Assembly (NCBI GenBank): GCA_005240105.1
Contig: SBAT01000262.1
Span: 1 to 37,996 of the forward strand
Direction: 5' to 3'
DNA: 37,996 bases
DNA from: Chloroflexota bacterium
Lineage (GTDB): Bacteria > Cyanobacteriota > Vampirovibrionia > Obscuribacterales > Obscuribacteraceae
Below are positions 1 through 7,654 of the stretch, in pieces. The notes below the pieces were generated by a model, which was not told where the DNA came from, made no database searches, and saw only the letters and a list, made by a program, of their open reading frames with translations. A program made the position numbers and the translations under genes. The stretch's first letter is position 1, and every line of letters starts with the position of its first letter.

Positions 1-1
1 G

Positions 2-1882
2 TCAACTTACATGCACTCGTGGGCGCTTCGCCGGATCAGGTTCTGCGGATCTGAGAATTTCTCTAGTAACAGGAGCGGTTTCTCCTTCGCCCCACAGTAC
101 GTATTTGAGCACATAGTTAAGTGGATGTCCTTCGGTCCAACCAAGATAAACATGTGGTATCTGTCCTGTGTCGTTGCGGAGATGCAACAGAAGCGCAGCG
201 ATGGCATTGGGAACGCTATGACTGATACAGCGCCATATTTTGTGACCATTTTCCTCGTGCCCTTCTATTTCTAAGGAATTACTACGGAAGTCCGAAGGAT
301 CTTTGGGTGATACTTCTAAAAAGATAAAATTACCCTCCTCCGGCTGCAGGCTGTGTATCGCTCGAGCTTCTCTTTCCTTATCTTCATAGGTTGTGTAGCC
401 TGGACGATGGGACAAAAGACGAATTTCCCCGTGTAGTTCTGTACGCATTTGCTGTAAAAATTCCATAGCCTTTGCATCCAGGCTTACTTGTCCGACACGC
501 AGCTCGGTTGCTCTTAAGCAGCGTGACAGGATAGAAGAAGCGATGATAGCGAGAATAAAGACACCGGCTACCTTGATCCCATCTGGTCTGGCAATAATGT
601 TATTCATTGTGGCATAACTAAATATGATTGTGACCAAGAGAAAGTAATAACCTTGTCTCTTGTTCTGTTTCCATGTACTCAGTGTTGCGGCAAAGGCGGC
701 TGAAGTCATAAACACCAGTAGTCCTGTAGCAAAGGCGCCGGCTTGTGCGTCGACATCAGCGTTGAAGTGAATTACTACTGTCAAACCAATGGCGGTAAGC
801 AACAAAACGAGTGGTCTGAGAGAAGCTACCCATTCCGGAGCCAGACCGTAACGAGGCAAATAACGGGGAATCAAATTTAAAAGACCGGCCATAGCAGAAG
901 CACCGGCAAACCAGAGAATTAGAAGAGTACTGATATCGTAAAGAGTGCCGAAGCTATCGCCGAGAAGCAGATGGGCAAGATAGGCTAAAGCACGTCCATT
1001 GGCCTTACCGGACTCGGCAAATTCTTCTGCCGGTATAAGTAGTGTTGTGACAAGTGAACTGCTCAGGAGAAAAACGGACATGATTAAGGCAGCAGTGAGT
1101 AAAAGAAATTTTGTATTTTTGATCCTGCCTGCTGGATGTGCTTCCGTATCAGTTGGATACCCTTTGACGTTGGGCATAACGGCAACGCCTGTTTCAAAAC
1201 CGGACATGCCTAGAGCAAGTTTTGGGAAGGCTAATAGTGATAGTGCGGCAATTTGCCAGCCGGACGAATAAGTATTTGTTAGAGACAGAGTCCAAGTGGA
1301 AATTGCACTTGGATGTTGCAGTATCTCTAGAATTGATCTGCCAATTACTGCAGCTGTTAGGGCTAAATATAGCCAGACCAAAATTACCGCAAGCCCGATG
1401 GCTTCCTTGAAGCCCTTGAGAAATATCGCACCCAAAAGCAAAATAAGAAGTATGGTTAGCCCTAGCTGATTCTGTAGCCATTGCGGTGCCCAGGGATTAT
1501 CCACAACGTGTTTGGCGGCATCAGAAGAGCAGAGCGTAATTGTCATAATAAAACCAGTGCTGGCAAAGCCAAGCAGGCATATGACCAGTAACTTGCCCCA
1601 CCAGCTAGGCAACAGGTCCTGTAATAGGGCAACGCTTCCCTGTCCATGAGGACTTAGTTCGGCTACTTTGGCATACATGGGGAATGCACCAAAGAGGTTA
1701 AGGGCAATGAGCAGAAGAGTAGCTATTGGTGACAGTAGTCCGGCATAGAGAAAGGCCATGCCTGGAGCAAAGCCAAGTGAAGAAAAGTAGTCCACGCCGG
1801 TTAGACACATTACATTCCACCAACTGCCCTGTTGGTGGCTCTTGCCTGTATCCCCTATGCGTTCGAAGAACCAATCTTTCAT
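2..1882 (-). CDS. APC-superfamily permease (about 12 TM) with a ~170-aa soluble C-terminal domain; substrate unknown
   Basis: Complete 626-aa ORF with ATG at 1880-1882 and TGA at 2-4. The N-terminal ~450 aa is a run of hydrophobic helices with APC-like segments (SPHGQGSVALL, GFETGVAVMP). The tail from about aa 455 to 626 is charged and not membrane-like. It lies 22 bp downstream of the OMP gene on the same strand. Confidence 0.75.
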   Translation of the reverse strand: MKDWFFERIGDTGKSHQQGSWWNVMCLTGVDYFSSLGFAPGMAFLYAGLLSPIATLLLIALNLFGAFPMYAKVAELSPHGQGSVALLQDLLPSWWGKLLVICLLGFASTGFIMTITLCSSDAAKHVVDNPWAPQWLQNQLGLTILLILLLGAIFLKGFKEAIGLAVILVWLYLALTAAVIGRSILEILQHPSAISTWTLSLTNTYSSGWQIAALSLLAFPKLALGMSGFETGVAVMPNVKGYPTDTEAHPAGRIKNTKFLLLTAALIMSVFLLSSSLVTTLLIPAEEFAESGKANGRALAYLAHLLLGDSFGTLYDISTLLILWFAGASAMAGLLNLIPRYLPRYGLAPEWVASLRPLVLLLTAIGLTVVIHFNADVDAQAGAFATGLLVFMTSAAFAATLSTWKQNKRQGYYFLLVTIIFSYATMNNIIARPDGIKVAGVFILAIIASSILSRCLRATELRVGQVSLDAKAMEFLQQMRTELHGEIRLLSHRPGYTTYEDKEREARAIHSLQPEEGNFIFLEVSPKDPSDFRSNSLEIEGHEENGHKIWRCISHSVPNAIAALLLHLRNDTGQIPHVYLGWTEGHPLNYVLKYVLWGEGETAPVTREILRSAEPDPAKRPRVHVS

Positions 1883-1904
1883 GGTTGTAGTCTATCACTG
1901 AAAT

Positions 1905-2714
1905 CTAGTGCAGAAAGTGAGCTAATTTGTCGAACCGGTATGAATATCCGGCTCCGACAAATATGGCTGGTGCAGACTTGTTTAGTCCAACACCGAAATG
2001 AGCGTCAAGTTGATGATGGCGTGCAGGTTTGAAGACGGCACCGAAATGCGCAATATTCACATCCGGCAGACGATGTGTTATAAAGCCGACATATTCAGCA
2101 AAAAAACCGATGCGATTCGTTGGTGAATAACTGAGCATAACGTCCGGTTGGTATTGAACATCACGACCTTTGTTCAAAACCAGAAGGGACTGCATACCCA
2201 TAATGGACCACTTTCAAATTGGGTAGGAGTAAGGCAGTCTAAAGACAGGCTGCACCCCGGGAAGTGAAGTTGATTTACTGCCTGTTGGAAGAGTCATTGA
2301 GCCGATCACAGTAGCCTGAAATTTCTTTATAGCTGGAAGTTGGTATTTGATTCCCAGTTCGCCGATGTTAGTCGCCCCGGTTGCGGTCGGGTCGCCGTGT
2401 TGTGGTTGAAGTATTACAAAATTGGGGACGAACATCTGCAACTCGGCTCGCTTTGTTAAGCCAACGCGTACTTGTGTTTCTGGTATGTCAAAGTAGTCGC
2501 CGCCGTGCTGAAAGCGCTGATACTGTGTGCCGCTTTCTAGCTGTATGCTGCCGCGCGGTACCACCAGTGGCGAGAACATGAAACTGGGGCGGTTAGTGTC
2601 TATAAAATCTGTTGTCTCCATGGCTAATGCAGGTCCTAGTGCGATCATGTAGGTGACAAAAACGCATAGGATGATCGCAGCCAGGTTCAAAGTCAACTCT
2701 CCCTGAATTGACAC
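1905..2714 (-). pseudogene. Outer-membrane beta-barrel of the MetA-pathway/'transporter' OMP family, interrupted by one in-frame TGA (2214-2216)
   Basis: ORFs 2214..2714 and 1905..2201 are in the same frame (2714-2201=513). The read-through is ...RLPYSYPI*KWSIMGMQSLL... The joined length of ~269 codons, the signal-like N-terminus (AAIILCVFVTYMIALGPALA), the DTNRPSF motif, alternating beta-strand patterns and the ...GAGYSYRF strand near the C-terminus all fit this OMP family. The start is uncertain (GTG at 2714 or a TTG a few codons downstream after GGGAGA). Confidence 0.6.
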
Positions 2715-2779
2715 TGATTTTATAGGAAGACGGGAAGTAATAACAGCCTATCCATTCCAATGCAAGGCTTAAGCCGAAA

Positions 2780-2799
2780 ACTTGATAGTAAATTGATAT
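2780..2799 (+). promoter_or_regulatory. Candidate operator: aCTTGATAG-taaa-TTGATAT, two half-sites with 11-bp period
   Basis: TTGATAG is at 2782-2788 and TTGATAT at 2793-2799. The site lies in the 90-bp spacer between the 356-aa gene and the OMP gene, 68-85 nt upstream of the OMP start. The same motif occurs at 3886-3905 and 7421-7439. Confidence 0.4.
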
Positions 2800-2804
2800 G
2801 GCTG

Positions 2805-3875
2805 TTACTCTTGTACCATGCTGACCGGTGATAGCCGTCTTTCAAGGAGAGAATCATTTGCGGTCAACTGCTTGTCACCTTGAAGGGTCATAGTTAATTC
2901 CAGCAGAAGTCGCTTCATTTTGGCAATTTCTGCACCGAGTTGTTGAAGCATTACACTGCGTACATTCAAGGTAGATATGGATAGTCCTTTGCGCTGGGCA
3001 ACGCTGGCTGTGATCACGTCAAGCTGTTTCCTTGATGTTCTATCGGAAAATGAGGGAATATTGGCGTCATCGATCCAGCGATCTACTAACTGCTCCATTC
3101 TCTTCTTCCCGCCTGATTCGGTGGCCGGCACTTGATTCAAGAATAGCCATACTGATTTTGGATATTCAATATCTGGTGTTGTCGGGTAATTGAACAATTT
3201 CGCCAGCATATTAGGCTCTACTTCCGACGTTCGCCTCTTGCCGTTGATTAGCTTGAGCGTATACATCGAGGCAATAGACGGTACTACGCCTGCCTGAATA
3301 CCCAAAATGCCGGAAGATATGGCATAGTCGGAGTTCTTGTAAGTGGGAATTGCTAGTGCTTCACAGATGGCCCATAAAATACCGTTGGTAATGAAGCTTA
3401 TAGCATTTGTCCGGGCAATGGCTTTGTCGCGATCGTTGGTGTAAGTAGCAAGTATTTCGCAATAAAGCTGGTATTCGGCCTCAATTGCAGACAGGGTGAA
3501 GTCAATTTCCAAATTTGCTTTTTGAATAATTAGCTCTGCTTTTTGAGTAGCTTCAAGCAAGTCTTGGCGTGCAGACAAGCTCTCTAAAGTACGAGCATCT
3601 CCGAAGGATTCAACCTGCATGCGCAGCTGCCGGATGCGCTCCAATACCGGTGTAAGTCCAATTGTGTTGGACAACTGTAGTGAATTTGGTGAAGTCAAGG
3701 GACTGTTTAGACTAATCCCTGTTTTCAAGATTTGTTTCGGAATAGATTGAGTATTGGCAGAAGGTTCTCGGGTTTGACTGGAGGACGCCAGTGTAGTTTG
3801 TGCGTGACAAGCAGGCATTAGTAAGGTGCTGCCAACGACAGCTGCGGCAATGATCGACAACGGACGAACCAACAT
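2805..3875 (-). CDS. Hypothetical secreted/membrane-inserting coiled-coil protein with a central hydrophobic helical hairpin
   Basis: 356-aa ORF with ATG at 3873-3875, preceded by GGAG (3882-3885 on the minus strand) at 6-nt spacing. It has an N-terminal signal peptide (MLVRPLSIIAAAVVGSTLLMPACHA) and an S/T/Q/P-rich linker. Heptad-like helical regions flank two ~20-aa hydrophobic segments separated by TYKNSDY (aa ~157-207). I recognise no family. Confidence 0.7.
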   Translation of the reverse strand: MLVRPLSIIAAAVVGSTLLMPACHAQTTLASSSQTREPSANTQSIPKQILKTGISLNSPLTSPNSLQLSNTIGLTPVLERIRQLRMQVESFGDARTLESLSARQDLLEATQKAELIIQKANLEIDFTLSAIEAEYQLYCEILATYTNDRDKAIARTNAISFITNGILWAICEALAIPTYKNSDYAISSGILGIQAGVVPSIASMYTLKLINGKRRTSEVEPNMLAKLFNYPTTPDIEYPKSVWLFLNQVPATESGGKKRMEQLVDRWIDDANIPSFSDRTSRKQLDVITASVAQRKGLSISTLNVRSVMLQQLGAEIAKMKRLLLELTMTLQGDKQLTANDSLLERRLSPVSMVQE

Positions 3876-3885
3876 TGAGGACTCC

Positions 3886-3905
3886 CTATCAAGAAACTAT
3901 CAAGA
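3886..3905 (-). promoter_or_regulatory. Candidate operator: exact tandem TCTTGATAG-tt-TCTTGATAG (11-bp period) abutting the RBS of the 356-aa gene
   Basis: The plus strand reads ctatcaaga-aa-ctatcaaga at 3886-3894 and 3897-3905. The minus strand reads TCTTGATAGttTCTTGATAGGGAGtcctcaATG. Confidence 0.45.
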
Positions 3906-4107
3906 TAGTAATCGATTGAGGGCTCTTAATACCTTATAGCCAACTAGTCATGAGCCATATTCTTGCGAGAAGGGACGTTGTATTGGAATTTTGAGATATG
4001 CAATTGTGAATGGCGCCAAAGTAGAAGAATTGTCGCTTAGCAAACTGCACCATATGTGCAAATCGGTCTTAACTACATGTGGAGGCTGGTTGACTGTAAA
4101 GCTTCCT

Positions 4108-4794
4108 CTAGGTCTCTTTGTCAATGCGAAACCGGTATCCAACTCTTGTTTCGGTGTGTATAAAGCGAGGACGCTCCGGTTGAGCTTCAATTTTGTTGCG
4201 TAAGTTGGCAATGTGGACTCTCAGAGTATGTGCGTCATCAACGTATTCCGGACCCCAAATCTTGGTTAAGAGTTGCCTATGCGTTAAGACTCGATTGGAG
4301 TTGTTGACCATGTAACAAAGCAGGTCATACTCTTTTGGTGTTAAGTGCATCTCTTGTCCGGACAGCTTCACCAACCGGTGTGCAAAATCAATTGACAGTT
4401 CATCACAAACAAATACGGCTTTGTCATCAACTTCAGCTTGGGTGCGCCTGAGCACAGCCCTCATGCGCGCGAGTAGTTCTCGCAAACCAAATGGCTTGGT
4501 CAAGTAATCATCGGCACCCAGGTCTAGTGCTTTAATTTTGTCATCTTCTCCTTCTCTTACGGAGAGTACGATAATTGGCGCAGAGGTCCAAGAGCGCAAT
4601 TCCTTGCAGACATCAAAGCCGCTTATTCCCGGCAATGCTAGATCCAGAATTATCAAGTCCGGTGAATGCAGGGCTGCTGCATCCAGTCCTTCCTCGCCGG
4701 AGGCAGCGAGAAAAACCTGGTTATTGTTGTGTTCCAGTCCGGCACGCAGGGCGCGCCTTATTTGCGGTTCGTCGTCAATAACCAGCACTTTCAT
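4108..4794 (-). CDS. kdpE: OmpR-family response regulator, KdpE-like
   Basis: 228 aa. The receiver domain reads MKVLVIDDEPQIRR...DLIILDLALPG...LTKPF. The winged-helix region matches E. coli KdpE along its length from memory (LTPKEYDLL...LTHRQLLTKIWGPEYVDDAHTLRVHIANLRNKIE..PERPRFIHTETRVGYRF). Its ATG overlaps the kinase stop by 4 nt (4791-4794). Confidence 0.85.
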   Translation of the reverse strand: MKVLVIDDEPQIRRALRAGLEHNNNQVFLAASGEEGLDAAALHSPDLIILDLALPGISGFDVCKELRSWTSAPIIVLSVREGEDDKIKALDLGADDYLTKPFGLRELLARMRAVLRRTQAEVDDKAVFVCDELSIDFAHRLVKLSGQEMHLTPKEYDLLCYMVNNSNRVLTHRQLLTKIWGPEYVDDAHTLRVHIANLRNKIEAQPERPRFIHTETRVGYRFRIDKET

Positions 4795-6359
4795 GACGTT
4801 AGCTTTCCAACAACATTGTTAACTTGTTCTGGTGGCGTGAGGGGAAGGATAACACGCAGGAGCGCCCCGCCACCATCTCGATTGTACGCTGTCAAGTTGC
4901 CGCCGTGTGCTTGTACGAGTCCCTGACAGATTGCCAGTCCAATGCCAACGCCTGGAGTGGAACTTTCGTGGTGGATGGCAGCCCGATAAAAGGGTTCAAA
5001 AATACGGTTCTCCTCGCCTCTTGGAAGTCCAGGACCCCTATCCAAAACTTCAGTGACAACAGAATTGTTTTCAGTGTGCGCTTTGAGCTCAATTGTTGTA
5101 TCCGGCAGCGAATATTTAAGGGCGTTCTCCAAGAGATTGCGCAAGACTTGGACCATTTGAACAATATCAAGGTAAACGTCGCCGCAATTGCCTTCAATTT
5201 CCACCACGATTCGTTTGTTCTCTGCTGTGGAAAATGTATCAAGCGTCGCTCCGAAAAGTTCAGCCATTGAGGTTGGTTCGCAACGCGGGCGCCAGGCTCC
5301 TGCTTCCAGCCTGGATAGATCGAGGATATTTCCTACCATGCGATTTAAGCGATCCGTTTCTTGATCAATTGTTTGCAGCAATGACCGTTGAGAGTCTATA
5401 TCCCAGGGAGAGCCTTCTTGTGAAAGACTGCTTACACTGGCTTTTATTGATGTTAGAGGAGAACGAAAATCGTGTGAAACCATTGAAAGCAGCGCGGTTT
5501 TTAGTCGATCGGCTTCAGCTAAGGCCTGTGCAGCAGCCTCTGCTTTCAAATATTTATCCTTCTGCAAGAGGACTGCGGCATGGTTAGCCAATGAGCTTAT
5601 AACCTGGCGCTTGTCGCTAGCAATTGGTTGATCTGCTTCTAGCAGTAGGTAGAGAACTCCCAGCACATGATCATCCATGCTGATGGGCAGGTAAATGGCC
5701 GTTGGATCCTCTGTTTGTGCAAGCGTTTTGCGAAAATGCTCGTTGTCTTCCCAGTTGATAGCTAGCCCGGTGTCGAGGACGTGTTTCGTCGCTTCGGTAG
5801 AAAATCCTTTTAGATTGCCGTTTCCTTCGCTTGGATATTGAGCAATGAGATGCTCACCATCTTTTTCTTGAACAATCAGCCCTGCTGCTTTTACGCCGCT
5901 AATTATGACCAGATTGCTCAATACTTTTGCAATAGCCCTATCGAGGTCCAGCTCTGAGGCTATGGCCCAGCTGGCTTGGGCTAAGGCGAGGGTTTCTTGT
6001 CTATTCAATTGCGCTTCTTCTGCACGTTTGTTCAATGTGGCAGTCAGTTGTCCAATAACCAGTGCGGTAAATAGAAATACACACAAAGCTAGCCACTCAG
6101 TGGGATCCTGTACGGTGAATTGATATTTTGGCTCTACAAAAAACCAATCAAAGGACAAGAGGGCAGCAATTGCTGCAAAAACAGCCGGACCACTGCCAGC
6201 AAATAGGGCGGTGGACATAATCACCAATAAGTAAAGCATGGAAACGTTAACAAGATTGGTGTCGGCATGCAGTAGCCCAAGTACTGCTGTCATGAGCGCG
6301 ACAGCGGATCCGGCTAGGACGTATGACCAGGGGAAGCGTTGATAGAATTGCTGTTGCAT
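4791..6359 (-). CDS. Sensor histidine kinase of the KdpD C-terminal type (DUF4118-like 4-TM + GAF-like + HisKA + HATPase_c), lacking the N-terminal KdpD/Usp region
   Basis: 522 aa. The protein starts directly in the membrane domain (VNVSMLYLLVIMSTALFAGSGPAVFAAIAALLSFDWFFVEP...). The H-box is MVSHDFRSPLTSI, the N box is LRNLLENALKYS and the G boxes are DRGPGLP and GVGIGLAICQ. It starts 17 bp after the CaCA stop. Confidence 0.85.
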   Translation of the reverse strand: MQQQFYQRFPWSYVLAGSAVALMTAVLGLLHADTNLVNVSMLYLLVIMSTALFAGSGPAVFAAIAALLSFDWFFVEPKYQFTVQDPTEWLALCVFLFTALVIGQLTATLNKRAEEAQLNRQETLALAQASWAIASELDLDRAIAKVLSNLVIISGVKAAGLIVQEKDGEHLIAQYPSEGNGNLKGFSTEATKHVLDTGLAINWEDNEHFRKTLAQTEDPTAIYLPISMDDHVLGVLYLLLEADQPIASDKRQVISSLANHAAVLLQKDKYLKAEAAAQALAEADRLKTALLSMVSHDFRSPLTSIKASVSSLSQEGSPWDIDSQRSLLQTIDQETDRLNRMVGNILDLSRLEAGAWRPRCEPTSMAELFGATLDTFSTAENKRIVVEIEGNCGDVYLDIVQMVQVLRNLLENALKYSLPDTTIELKAHTENNSVVTEVLDRGPGLPRGEENRIFEPFYRAAIHHESSTPGVGIGLAICQGLVQAHGGNLTAYNRDGGGALLRVILPLTPPEQVNNVVGKLTS

Positions 6360-6376
6360 AGCATCATTGTATTGGA

Positions 6377-7387
6377 TTAGTGCGCAATGAACAAAAGCGT
6401 ATTTGCCAATAGATAGACAAGAATTAGGGCAACAGCATCAACAGCCATAAATAATAGTTTTTTGTCGGCTCGGTAGGTGAGCGCGATTATTACTATGCCC
6501 ATAGAAATCATCGCTGTTACTGCAGTCAGATTGCTTGCCTCGGAGACATGACGCAATATAGGCTCTTTTACGTAGCAGAAATCCGTGATTGCTAAAATCA
6601 CCATGTAGCAAAGTGTGCTGCCAAGCAAGCTTGCAACAGCCATGTCAAAAGAGCCACGCTTAGCTGCTGACAGAGCAACAGCCATTTCCGGTAGACATGT
6701 GGTGATAGCAATAAAAGAGCTACCAATGAAACTTTCGCCCCAGCCTGTCATTGCTTGAATGTTTTCAGCCAATGTTGGCAAATAGCACGACGTTGAGACA
6801 ATTAGGACCGAGTAAATAATAAATGAGGCAATTAATTTGGTCCACGACTGCCCATTATCATCTGATACTTCTATCGGTGCATTTGCTGCCAACTTTAGCA
6901 CTCTAGATTTTTCAAATTTAAACGTCAGGCTCATGGCCAAAAGATAGACAGGTATAAAGGAAAGTGTAATTGGGTCCATCGAGTTCATTATTTTTACGAT
7001 GGGCAGATACTTGTTATACATCATATCGACGGCGGCAAAGCCAATTAGAACTATGCCAAAACCGGCAGTTAAAACGTGTCCTCGATGCACTCGGTTCGAT
7101 AGAGGCCTGTCACCGGAGAAAAAGTCTAGTAATCCAATTACCATCATGTTGAACATGCAACTGCCCATAAGTCCGCTCACGGCCAAATCGGGAAGATCGT
7201 GCAGTACTACAGATGAGACACTTGTCGCTAATTGCGAAGAAGAGGCAATGGCCGCAAGCAGTAGTAAACCGACCAGGCTTTTACTTAGCCCGCCTTTTTC
7301 GGCTATCAATTCTCCACAGTGGCTCAGCCGGCTTCCTGAAAAGAGGATGACGGCAGCACAAATTGCAAACTGGAACCAAATTATCAT
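6377..7387 (-). CDS. Cation/Ca2+ exchanger (CaCA, YrbG-like) membrane protein
   Basis: The alpha-2 repeat is GESFIGSSFIAITTCLPEMAVALSAAKRG and the alpha-1-like repeat is GLSKSLVGLLLLAAIASSSQLATSV. It has about 10 TM helices. The start is set at ATG 7385-7387, giving 336 aa, a typical length. The longer ORF to 7762 starts with TTG and would overlap the divergent porin gene. There is no clear SD, so the start is uncertain. Confidence 0.7.
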   Translation of the reverse strand: MIIWFQFAICAAVILFSGSRLSHCGELIAEKGGLSKSLVGLLLLAAIASSSQLATSVSSVVLHDLPDLAVSGLMGSCMFNMMVIGLLDFFSGDRPLSNRVHRGHVLTAGFGIVLIGFAAVDMMYNKYLPIVKIMNSMDPITLSFIPVYLLAMSLTFKFEKSRVLKLAANAPIEVSDDNGQSWTKLIASFIIYSVLIVSTSCYLPTLAENIQAMTGWGESFIGSSFIAITTCLPEMAVALSAAKRGSFDMAVASLLGSTLCYMVILAITDFCYVKEPILRHVSEASNLTAVTAMISMGIVIIALTYRADKKLLFMAVDAVALILVYLLANTLLFIAH

Positions 7388-7420
7388 CGCTTGCCAATAA
7401 TACCGCGTTTCTAATCTGTT

Positions 7421-7439
7421 CTTGTCACCATCTTGATAG
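7421..7439 (+). promoter_or_regulatory. Candidate operator: cTTGTCAC-catc-TTGATAG (11-bp period) containing an exact TCTTGATAG
   Basis: The exact 9-mer TCTTGATAG is at 7431-7439, with a degenerate half-site TTGTCAC at 7422-7428. The site is in the divergent region between the CaCA operon (35-52 nt upstream of ATG 7387) and the porin gene. Confidence 0.35.
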
Positions 7440-7654
7440 AAAAGCTCACCGAATTGACGGTTGCACGATTTCAAGTGTTTTTCCAGGTAATTGCTGAGTC
7501 CTAAGGCAAGTAAGGCAACTGGAATGTTTATTACGATTGTTGGAACGGATAAAAACTGAAAGCGCAGTATAGAGCTTTCTTGACACTTTCTTGATGCTGG
7601 TAATGCAATCTGACTGTTAGACTGAATGCTTTGTTTGAGGGTTATGGGTTTGCC

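Noticed and set aside
2214-2216. Genome-wide TGA reassignment (Gly/Trp/Sec) as the explanation for the in-frame stop
   Set aside because: Many well-defined genes in the window terminate at TGA at the expected family C-terminus, including the permease, the trx-like gene, the hybrid kinase and plsX. I see no SECIS-like context either. A pseudogene or a sequencing error is more parsimonious.
3948-4211. 87-aa (minus strand) and 70-aa (plus strand) ORFs in and overlapping the kdpE 3' end and its downstream spacer
   Set aside because: They overlap each other and the well-supported kdpE C-terminus. They have no SD and no recognisable motifs.
7388-7654. Possible riboswitch or leader RNA (for example a c-di-AMP/ydaO-type) upstream of the CaCA-kinase operon, or a preQ1 riboswitch near queA
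   Set aside because: I could not find the conserved cores I remember for these classes, and queA and queG are not typical preQ1-riboswitch targets. Only a covariance-model scan (Rfam/Infernal) could settle this.
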